64,000 nt of DNA, from IMG/VR virus record IMGVR_UViG_3300020045_007008, positions 1 through 64,000 of that record. One strand, 5' to 3'. Below are positions 49,666-57,840 of this stretch, one piece after another. This stretch comes from a virus. Position numbers and translations under genes: made by a program. Below the pieces are notes generated by a model. The model saw only the letters and a program-made list of their open reading frames with translations. It did no database searches and was not told where the DNA came from. Within the stretch, counting starts at the first letter, position 1, and the number at the start of each line of letters is the position of its first letter.

Positions 49666-49829
49666 TATGGCATTAACAGCCGAACAAAGATTAAGGGCAA
49701 TAAGTAAAATAATTGAATCTGATATGGGATTTGAGGCTGATACATATTCATTAAGAAAAAATAAAGACAAAGATGCTCAATTATTTGCTGATATGATAAT
49801 GGAAGTATATATGATAGTTCATCCACATT

Positions 49830-50618
49830 TTGGATGTAAACACAATGATTGGGATGATAATACATATAAATTATCTGAAGAATATGAATAACAACAAGAT
49901 AGGTAAAATGAAAAAACAATTTATAGATATAATACCAGATGAATTAAATATCTGTCTATTGGGATTGCAAGGAAGTAGAGCATTAGGTATGGCTATGAAT
50001 GAAGATGCTGATTATGATTATCGAGGTATATTTATAGAAGATAATAAAAAATTATTATCCCTAAGAAAGACAAAAGAAACTATTGATTTTGGTAGTTCAA
50101 AAGATGGTGAAGCAGAATTTGTTTTTCATGAAATTGGAAAGTTCTTCAAATTAGCAATAGCTGGAAATCCAAATTTGATTAATTTATTATTTTTACCAGA
50201 ATATAATTATTCAGATAATTATGGTAGAATGATAATTGCAAATAAAGAGTTATTTTTAAGTGAGAAGGCAATACGAAATTCATTTGGTGGATATGCATTT
50301 GGTCAGATGATGTATTTAAAAAGAAATCATAAATTTACTAAGAATAAATCTATAGAAAGCAAAATAAAAAAACACATTAGACATTGCTTTTCTCTATTTG
50401 ATATGGGAATAGAACTATTAGAAACAGCAAAAATAACATTTCCATTAGAGAATGCTAAAAAATATATTGAGATTGCAGAATGGAATGATGAAGATAGGTG
50501 GATGAAATTATTTGAGGAAACAAATGATAGATTTAACGATTGTAAATGTATATTACCAAAAGAACCAAATATTTTATTATTAGAACATTTATTATTAAAA
50601 ATTAGAGGGTTAGTGTAA
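49830..50618 (+). CDS. RlaP-like (Pol beta superfamily) nucleotidyltransferase
   Basis: GSRALG...DADYDYRGIF, GNPN; true start probably 49863 or 49908. Confidence 0.8.
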   Translation: MDVNTMIGMIIHINYLKNMNNNKIGKMKKQFIDIIPDELNICLLGLQGSRALGMAMNEDADYDYRGIFIEDNKKLLSLRKTKETIDFGSSKDGEAEFVFHEIGKFFKLAIAGNPNLINLLFLPEYNYSDNYGRMIIANKELFLSEKAIRNSFGGYAFGQMMYLKRNHKFTKNKSIESKIKKHIRHCFSLFDMGIELLETAKITFPLENAKKYIEIAEWNDEDRWMKLFEETNDRFNDCKCILPKEPNILLLEHLLLKIRGLV

Positions 50619-50674
50619 TGGTAACACGATGGTCTCCAAAACCATAATTTAGAGTTCGAATCTCTAGCCTTCTG
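50604..50674 (+). tRNA. tRNA-Trp(CCA), overlapping the upstream CDS; CCA not encoded
   Basis: Acceptor AGAGGGT/GCCTTCT; ATGGT-CTCCAAA-ACCAT; TAGAG-TTCGAAT-CTCTA. Confidence 0.88.
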
Positions 50675-51243
50675 CATTTAATAAAAATATATTATAAATG
50701 CGTAAATTAACTAAAAAACAAAGAGAAAAATTAGCATATTCTCATCAAGTATTTTATAATGAAACTGGGACACATATCACAATAGAAATTGATAATGCAA
50801 TAAGAAAAATATTAGGATATGAAATCCCATCTAATAGTGTAAGAATGTGGAAAATAAAATTATGAAAGAAAATACATATCAAGAATATAACAATTATAAA
50901 ATATATCTCAATAATTGGGAAGAGTATTGTGTATGTGATTTACATGGAAATTTAATAGAATGGAATTCGAGTTTCAGGACACTTAAAGAAGCAAAAGATT
51001 ATATTGATAAAATATTAAATTAATATTATGTTTGATAAAAAAGAAAAACACTTATTAATAGCACTAGTTGAAGCACAAAAATCAACAGTTAGTTTATTAA
51101 GAGGATTTCGAAAACCAAATAGAGAAGAGCAAGATGAAAATGCTTATTATAATAGAATAATTGAAAAATTAAATAAATTTTAATAATAAAGAAGAACCGA
51201 AACAATTAGCAGATAAAATTAATATTGAAGAGAAAAAATAGTT

Positions 51244-51591
51244 ATGGATATACAAAAATTTATAGAAAAAAGAAAAGAAGATGGACAGAATAGTTTTAGA
51301 GATAAATGTCTTGTCATTGGTGTAGATATGGATGGAGTATTATGTAGTGGAGAATTATGGGAAGGAGAAAATAGTGAACCAAAACCAATACAAGAAAATA
51401 TAGATAAAATAAATGAATTAAGTAAAACTAATTTTATAGTAATTCATACAGCAAGAAGAAAAGAATCGGCAACAAAAACAATAAATTGGCTCAATAAATA
51501 TCAAGTGGTATATCATGCAATTAGATTTGATAAAATGCCAGCTGATTTATATATAGATGATAAAGCATTTAACTTTGATATCTATGAATAA
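51244..51591 (+). CDS. HAD-family phosphatase
   Basis: DMDGVL, HTAR, K..ADLYIDDKA. Confidence 0.8.
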   Translation: MDIQKFIEKRKEDGQNSFRDKCLVIGVDMDGVLCSGELWEGENSEPKPIQENIDKINELSKTNFIVIHTARRKESATKTINWLNKYQVVYHAIRFDKMPADLYIDDKAFNFDIYE

Positions 51592-51752
51592 AAATTTAGA
51601 AATAGTACAATCAAAATCAAAAGAAATTGGACATTGCGTTTGTTCAAAATGTTTTACTTGCCCCTGTAATTATTTTACTCAATATAATTTATGTAAATGT
51701 GCAGGGGATAAAATAAATCAAGAAGAGTGGCTAAAATTTAATTTAAATAAAA

Positions 51753-52145
51753 ATGAATACATTTGAATTAGGTAAGAAAGGCGAACAAATTATTTATCAG
51801 TTATTTAAAAATAAAAAATATCAAATTCAATCACCAGACTTTTTTGTATACAGCAAAGAAATAGATAAATATATATGTATTGAAGTTAAATTTAAAAATA
51901 ATCAATTTAAATCTCAATATTTTAATGGTTATGGAATAAATAAAAATCAAATATATTTAAGAAATAAACTATTTGAAAAAACAAATATAAGAACATTCAT
52001 AATAATAGTTGATAATACGATAAAAAATATTTATGGTCAATATTTAGATATATTACAGAAAGGAAAATTTATAAATACAAAAGATACTACAATATATGAT
52101 TTAAATAGCTATTTATTAATAAAAAAAGGTATTGACTTTTTTTAA
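51753..52145 (+). CDS. PD-(D/E)XK nuclease-like protein
   Basis: GKKGE, PDF, IEVK. Confidence 0.6.
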   Translation: MNTFELGKKGEQIIYQLFKNKKYQIQSPDFFVYSKEIDKYICIEVKFKNNQFKSQYFNGYGINKNQIYLRNKLFEKTNIRTFIIIVDNTIKNIYGQYLDILQKGKFINTKDTTIYDLNSYLLIKKGIDFF

Positions 52146-52160
52146 ATAATACTATATAAT
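52132..52160 (+). promoter_or_regulatory. Sigma70-type promoter of the deazaguanine operon
   Basis: TTGACT-17-TATAAT. Confidence 0.8.
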
Positions 52161-52186
52161 AATATTATAATTAAAAGAATAAAAAT

Positions 52187-52594
52187 ATGCACATATTGAG
52201 ATTAAAACACCATTTCGATGCGGCTCATCGATTAGAATTTCATAGTGGATTATGCTCGAACCTCCATGGCCACCGCTGGGATGTAGAAGTATTAATACGA
52301 AAAAATGAATTAGATAAAAATAAATTAGTAGTTGATTTCGGAGATATTAAAAAAATAATTAATGAGTTCGACCATAAGACTATTTTAAAAAATTGTGAAG
52401 AAAATCAAAAATTAATAGATGTTATTTTCGAGATGGGATGTGCTTATATTTTATTAGGTGATTCACCTACTGCAGAAAATATTGCACAAGTATTAACAAA
52501 TAGAATTAATGAAGAATTACAAATATCAAATACAGAAGTTATTGTTTGGGAATCACCAGAAGCATCAATTGAATATTATAATAATGAAATATAA
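52187..52594 (+). CDS. queD: 6-carboxytetrahydropterin synthase
   Basis: FDAAHRL, C.NLHGH, DFG, FDH, PTAENIA, VWES. Confidence 0.93.
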   Translation: MHILRLKHHFDAAHRLEFHSGLCSNLHGHRWDVEVLIRKNELDKNKLVVDFGDIKKIINEFDHKTILKNCEENQKLIDVIFEMGCAYILLGDSPTAENIAQVLTNRINEELQISNTEVIVWESPEASIEYYNNEI

Positions 52595-52598
52595 AAAT

Positions 52599-53249
52599 AT
52601 GATAAAAGTAAATATCAATGAAGCATTTCATTCTATTCAAGGAGAAGGTGCAACAATAGGGCATCCAATATTGTTTATTAGATTAGCAGGATGTAATTTA
52701 CATTGTTTGTTCTGTGATACTCAATACCATACTAATATTAATTATAATGAGATAAATGATGAGTTAGATAAATTATTAAGAAAACATAAATCATGGTGCA
52801 TTACTGGTGGTGAGCCATTATTACAGCAAGATAAAATCCTAGAACTTATTAGAGAATATGACCCAGAATGGGTAGAAATAGAAACTAATGGTACAATAAA
52901 ACCATCTGATGAATTATTAGAAATTATTAGTCAATGGAATATAAGTCCTAAAAATCCAGAACAAAACGAAGTGAAAAATATTGAATATAAATTTTTAGAT
53001 AGTTTAGCATATAATATTAATTATATAATTAAATTTGTATATACAGATAAACAAGATGAAAATTTTATTGAGACAATGATAGATAATTATTATATAGATG
53101 AAAATAGAGTATTTATAATGACAGAAGGTGCAACAAAAAAAGAGCAAGAGCACAATATGCCAAATGTAATAGAGTATTGTTTAAAAAATGAATTTAATTT
53201 TAGTCCCAGGCTACATGTGTTGCTCTGGAACAATAGACAAGGAGTATGA
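52599..53249 (+). CDS. queE: 7-carboxy-7-deazaguanine synthase (radical SAM)
   Basis: F.SIQGEG, RLAGCNLHCLFCDT, ITGGEPLLQ, IETNGT, SPK, PRLH. Confidence 0.93.
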   Translation: MIKVNINEAFHSIQGEGATIGHPILFIRLAGCNLHCLFCDTQYHTNINYNEINDELDKLLRKHKSWCITGGEPLLQQDKILELIREYDPEWVEIETNGTIKPSDELLEIISQWNISPKNPEQNEVKNIEYKFLDSLAYNINYIIKFVYTDKQDENFIETMIDNYYIDENRVFIMTEGATKKEQEHNMPNVIEYCLKNEFNFSPRLHVLLWNNRQGV

Positions 53250-53728
53250 TTGTAACATATAAACAAATAATAAAAGACTCAATTGAGTTAGCAAATCACA
53301 TTAAAAACAATTATGTTAATAGAGCAAAAGAGTATAAAGCAATCCATGGTATCCCAGCTGGCGGAATAGCAACTGCAGTTGTAATGGCTCATGTATTGAA
53401 TATTGATAATATTCTAAGTGCTGAAGATTATAAAAATTATGAAAATAAATCAGAAGTATTAGTAGTAGATGATTTAGTAGACAGTGGTGCAACATTAAAA
53501 AAGTTTTCAGAATCAGATTGTGCTGTAGTATATAAAAAACCACATTCACCTCAACCAACATATTACTATAAAGATATTGAAAGTGGTTGGGTAGAATTTC
53601 CACACGAAAAGGACAAAGCAGGTATTCTTGACCATATTATAAGAGTATTCTCTTATATTGATGTTCAATTATCAGATGAGGAACAGCAATTAGTTATACA
53701 ATTACTTAATAAAATAAAGAATAAATAA
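53246..53728 (+). CDS. Type I purine phosphoribosyltransferase (Gpt-like)
   Basis: GIPAGG, VLVVDDLVDSGATL PRPP loop, WVEFPHE. Confidence 0.85.
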   Translation: MIVTYKQIIKDSIELANHIKNNYVNRAKEYKAIHGIPAGGIATAVVMAHVLNIDNILSAEDYKNYENKSEVLVVDDLVDSGATLKKFSESDCAVVYKKPHSPQPTYYYKDIESGWVEFPHEKDKAGILDHIIRVFSYIDVQLSDEEQQLVIQLLNKIKNK

Positions 53729-53787
53729 TTAATATAGAGTTATAAAATTAGACTTATCTTTTTACTACTTTTCCTCTATTCAAAAAA

Positions 53788-54534
53788 ATGAAAAAAAAGA
53801 TTGTTATTATTTCTGGAGGAATGGATTCAACTACACTGCTATATGATGTAGTGAATCAATTCTCATCAGAAAATGTGATTGCTTTAACATTTTTCTATGG
53901 TTCAAAACATAATGACCAAGAAATAAAGAGAGCAAAAATTAGTTGTCAAAAATTAAATGTTGAGCATAAATTATTTGATTTATCGTCAATATTTCAAAAT
54001 TTTAACTCATCATTATTAAAAAAAGAAGACAGTGAAATAATACCAGAGGGGCATTATGCAGAAGACAATATGAAAAAAACGGTTGTCCCATATCGAAATG
54101 GTATATTATTATCTATTGCAATTGGATTTGCTGAAGATTTAGATTGTGATTCAGTATATTATGGTGCTCACGCTGGTGACCATACTATTTATCCAGATTG
54201 TCGAGATGAGTTTGTGAAAGCATTTTCATTAGCATCAATATTAGGTACATATAATAGAGTGAAAGTAATTGCAAGTTATGAAAATATTGATAAATATGGA
54301 ATTCTACAGATAGGAAAAAAATTAAATATTAATTATATTGATACTTGGACGTGTTATAATGGAGAAGAAGCACCTTGCGGAAAATGTGGAAGTTGTACAG
54401 AAAGAGCTGAAGCATTCTATAAAATGAATATGAAAGACCCATTATATACAGATAAACAATGGCAAGATGTATTATTAAATCTTAAAAAATTAAACATAAT
54501 TGATAATACCAATTATCAACCTGAATTATTATGA
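53788..54534 (+). CDS. queC: 7-cyano-7-deazaguanine synthase
   Basis: SGGMDS, VPYRN, YPDCR, TWTCY, CGKCGSC.ER. Confidence 0.95.
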   Translation: MKKKIVIISGGMDSTTLLYDVVNQFSSENVIALTFFYGSKHNDQEIKRAKISCQKLNVEHKLFDLSSIFQNFNSSLLKKEDSEIIPEGHYAEDNMKKTVVPYRNGILLSIAIGFAEDLDCDSVYYGAHAGDHTIYPDCRDEFVKAFSLASILGTYNRVKVIASYENIDKYGILQIGKKLNINYIDTWTCYNGEEAPCGKCGSCTERAEAFYKMNMKDPLYTDKQWQDVLLNLKKLNIIDNTNYQPELL

Positions 54535-55118
54535 GAAATAAAGAAAAATTAGAACAAATTTCAAAATCTCTAATAGAAGAAATCGGAGAAAAATCAGACA
54601 GACAAGGATTAATTGGTACACCAGATAGAATGGCAAGAATGTTTTTAGAAGTTTTTAGAGGATATGATGAAACACAAAAACCCAAAATAACAACATTTAA
54701 AAATGGAACTGATGGAATAGTATATGACCAAATTATTACTGATACGGGTTCATATTATTCATATTGTGAACATCATATGGTACCATTCTTCGGTCAATAT
54801 TGGTTTGCATATATTCCACACCCAGACGGAAAAATTTTAGGATTAAGTAAAGTTGCAAGAATCGTTGATTATTATTCGGCTAAAATGCAAATACAGGAAA
54901 GATTAGTTCAAGATATCGTGAATAATCTATGGAGTGCTTTAATAGATAGTAATAGAATTGAACCTATAGGAATGGCTTTGGTAATGAAAGGTGAACATTT
55001 ATGTAAATCAATGCGTGGTGTGAAAAAAAGAGGAACAATGACGACATCTGATTTGAGGGGTTGTTTTAAAACTGAAGCTGATACAAGAAAAGAATTTTTT
55101 GACTTGATAAAATTATGA
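54531..55118 (+). CDS. folE: GTP cyclohydrolase I
   Basis: GL..TP.R, CEHHMVPF, GLSKVAR, QIQERL, HLCKSMRGV. Confidence 0.95.
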   Translation: MRNKEKLEQISKSLIEEIGEKSDRQGLIGTPDRMARMFLEVFRGYDETQKPKITTFKNGTDGIVYDQIITDTGSYYSYCEHHMVPFFGQYWFAYIPHPDGKILGLSKVARIVDYYSAKMQIQERLVQDIVNNLWSALIDSNRIEPIGMALVMKGEHLCKSMRGVKKRGTMTTSDLRGCFKTEADTRKEFFDLIKL

Positions 55119-55609
55119 AAGAAAAATTAGAGAAATTATTACAACAAATAAAAGAAAGAAAAGGTGGTGCTGATTCATCAAAATCACATTTAAAGAGTGC
55201 ATTATATGATTGGAGAATTGAAGATAACTGGTCTAGAAATAATTGCTTTGTAATAAGTGAAAATGATTTGGGATTTGCATTTTATACATTCACGATACGA
55301 GAGCCTAGACACTGCACATTAAGACATATATTCACATTAGAAGAAGCAAGAGGTCAAGGAATTGGAAAGAAACTAATGAATAGAATTGAAGAGCATATGA
55401 AGAGAGATAGAGTTGAGATAATGCGATTTTATGCAAATAAGCCAGCTATTAAATTCTATGAAAAATTAGGATATACTTGGCTCGGTGAAAATAAACAAGG
55501 ATTGCCATTCACATATTGTGATATATGTACAAAGAAGAATATTAATAATCAACAACAATTGAAAAAAATATTCAAAATTTATAATCAAAATAATTTATTT
55601 AATATCTAA
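55115..55609 (+). CDS. GNAT-family acyltransferase inside the deazaguanine operon
   Basis: IFTLEEARGQGIGKKLM (acetyl-CoA motif A), N.PAIKFYEKLGY (motif B). Confidence 0.85.
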   Translation: MKEKLEKLLQQIKERKGGADSSKSHLKSALYDWRIEDNWSRNNCFVISENDLGFAFYTFTIREPRHCTLRHIFTLEEARGQGIGKKLMNRIEEHMKRDRVEIMRFYANKPAIKFYEKLGYTWLGENKQGLPFTYCDICTKKNINNQQQLKKIFKIYNQNNLFNI

Positions 55610-55614
55610 ATTTT

Positions 55615-56094
55615 ATGTCAGATACAAAAAGTTTAAAATCATTAGGTTCTAAATCAACAAAATATGAATGTAATGGTGTCAATCCAGAATTATTGGAAGT
55701 ATTTGAAAATCAACACCAAAAAAATAATTATTTAATACCATTTATTCAACCAAGAGATGAATTTACTTCATTATGTCCTAAGACTGGGCAACCCGACCAC
55801 GCCGCTTTAGAAATTATATATATACCGAGAGAAGATTGTGTAGAATCAAAATCATTAAAGCTTTATTTAGTATCTTTTCGAAATAGCGGAGAATTTCACG
55901 AAGATGTCTGTAATAGAATAGCAGATGATTTAATTAGATTATTAAATCCTAAATATCTCAGAGTATATGGTGATTTTGCACCAAGAGGCAGTTTAGCAAT
56001 AAAACCACTTATTGAACGATGGAATATAGAAGAAGGTATAGAAAAACAAGATATAAAATTTTTAATTAATTCTTGGGATTTAAAGAAAAAATAA
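55615..56094 (+). CDS. queF: NADPH-dependent preQ0 reductase (unimodular)
   Basis: EFTSLCPKTGQPD, QueF motif ESKSLKLY, FHE, F.PRG. Confidence 0.93.
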   Translation: MSDTKSLKSLGSKSTKYECNGVNPELLEVFENQHQKNNYLIPFIQPRDEFTSLCPKTGQPDHAALEIIYIPREDCVESKSLKLYLVSFRNSGEFHEDVCNRIADDLIRLLNPKYLRVYGDFAPRGSLAIKPLIERWNIEEGIEKQDIKFLINSWDLKKK

Positions 56095-56095
56095 A

Positions 56096-57112
56096 ATGAA
56101 TAGTTTAAAAGATTTTAATTTATTTTATGCAGTTAGTGGACGAATGTTCTTAGAATATCTTCTTATCTGTAATGTTAAAAATATTCTTATTTCTTTTGCT
56201 TATTTAGACCCGTGGTCAATGAGTAATATAATGAAGCACAATAATATAAATTTAATTTGTGATTCTGGTGCATTTACTGCTTGGAATTTAAGTCAAAAAT
56301 ATAAAAAGAAGGGCGACCCGAATTGGCAAAAATATTTAGTTGATATTGATGCATATGTTGAATTTCTGAATAAACATAAAGATATAATTTATAGAGCAGT
56401 AAATATTGATGTCATCCCAGGTGAACAAGGTATAGAACCAACAGAGGAGCAAATAATTGAAGCGGCAGAGCAAGGGTGGAAAAATTATCAATATTTAAAA
56501 AGCAAAGGATTTGATACAATTCACGTATTTCATCAAGGTGAGCCAGATTGGGTTCTAGATAGAATGTTGAAAGAATGTGATTATATTGGAATAAGTCCAA
56601 GTAATGACTATAGCACAAAGAGAAAAAGATTGTGGATGGATAGAATTTTTAAATATATTGCTGATTCTAATAACCCAAAAATAAAAACTCACGGATTTGC
56701 TGTAACAAGTGAAGAATTAATGAATAATTATCCTTGGTTTTCAGTTGACTCAAGTAGCTGGTGTCTAAGTGCCGCGATGGGAAAAGTAAGAACAAAATAT
56801 GGTGAGTTATATGTAAGTGATAGGGGAAAATATGGAGATGATAATATTTTTTCAAAAACAGGTGAAGTGAGAAAAGAATTAGATAAATACTTCATAGAAA
56901 AAATTGGATATAATATATCAGCATTAGCAGGTGAACCAGAAAAAATAATTAAGAAATGTGAATGTGGAATCGAAAATGAAATCGAGATACCGTGCAGTCA
57001 ATATAAGACAAGAACATTAGCGAATATATTATATAATTTAGAATTTGAAGAAAAGAGACGAGCAAGCGGACCGAATTTGAATTTTATGAATCAAAATAAA
57101 TTATTTGAATAA
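56096..57112 (+). CDS. dpdA: DpdA-like DNA-guanine transglycosylase (TGT fold)
   Basis: DSGAFT, NIDVIPG, VFHQGE, YIGIS, HGF, SVDSSSW; last gene of the que operon. Confidence 0.8.
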   Translation: MNSLKDFNLFYAVSGRMFLEYLLICNVKNILISFAYLDPWSMSNIMKHNNINLICDSGAFTAWNLSQKYKKKGDPNWQKYLVDIDAYVEFLNKHKDIIYRAVNIDVIPGEQGIEPTEEQIIEAAEQGWKNYQYLKSKGFDTIHVFHQGEPDWVLDRMLKECDYIGISPSNDYSTKRKRLWMDRIFKYIADSNNPKIKTHGFAVTSEELMNNYPWFSVDSSSWCLSAAMGKVRTKYGELYVSDRGKYGDDNIFSKTGEVRKELDKYFIEKIGYNISALAGEPEKIIKKCECGIENEIEIPCSQYKTRTLANILYNLEFEEKRRASGPNLNFMNQNKLFE

Positions 57113-57154
57113 ATTTATATAAAATAATCACTAAGATTAAATAATATCTAAGTA

Positions 57155-57183
57155 TTGACATTTTTTATATAATATTATATAAT
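57155..57183 (+). promoter_or_regulatory. Sigma70-type promoter upstream of the non-coding RNA region
   Basis: TTGACA-17-TATAAT; ATCACTAAGATTAAA at 57127-41. Confidence 0.85.
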
Positions 57184-57192
57184 TAAAATATA

Positions 57193-57497
57193 ATAATCAG
57201 AATAATTGTATTATTCTTCGTAATATAATTATCCCAGCGAAGTTAATTCTTCCAAAATCTGATTATATGGGGGATTTATTTATATTTAGCCTCATTATAA
57301 AGTCATAAGTGTAATGTGGAAATTAGGTTAGGTCTTAATATATTAATTTATATTGAGACTAAATATAAATAAAATATTAAACCATTATAAGTTGTCCATT
57401 TTTTATCGGTTATAAGCCAGCTGCTTTAAATCGCAAACTAAATAGTTGGTGAATTGCGCATAACAATAACTGCCTTAGCTCTAACTAGTTGGCAGTT
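57193..57497 (+). ncRNA. Array of stem-loop modules directly after a promoter
   Basis: Stems 57193-201/57258-66, 57275-89/57359-73, 57332-42/57349-59, 57468-74/57491-97. Confidence 0.5.
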
Positions 57498-57552
57498 CTA
57501 GTATATTGAAGAAATAAATATATGTCTACAACAAATTAAAATTTTTATTAAT

Positions 57553-57780
57553 ATGAGTAAAACAAAAGATTTATTAATAGAAGAATTAAATAAAGAAAAA
57601 GAATGCATATACTGTAAAGATTGTAAATATAAATATACAGGAAAAAAACTAAATAAAAGATTTGAAAAAGTATATGGAGAATATTTCGATGATAGATGTA
57701 ATCCATATTTTGATAATAAAGAGAATAATTGTAAATATTTTGAATCAAATATAAATTGGTTCTGGGGATTATTTAAATAG
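57553..57780 (+). CDS. Hypothetical Cys-rich protein
   Basis: YCKDCKY...C....N...NCKYFE. Confidence 0.55.
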   Translation: MSKTKDLLIEELNKEKECIYCKDCKYKYTGKKLNKRFEKVYGEYFDDRCNPYFDNKENNCKYFESNINWFWGLFK

Positions 57781-57840
57781 AATATTAACATTGATAAATA
57801 TATATGTTTTATACAAGAAAAAAATATAAAAAAAATTAAA

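Noticed and set aside
55615-56094. QueF-like amidinotransferase (archaeosine, dG+ pathway)
   Set aside because: The intact ESKSLKLY QueF motif indicates the NADPH reductase making preQ1; QueC has no glutamine amidotransferase fusion.
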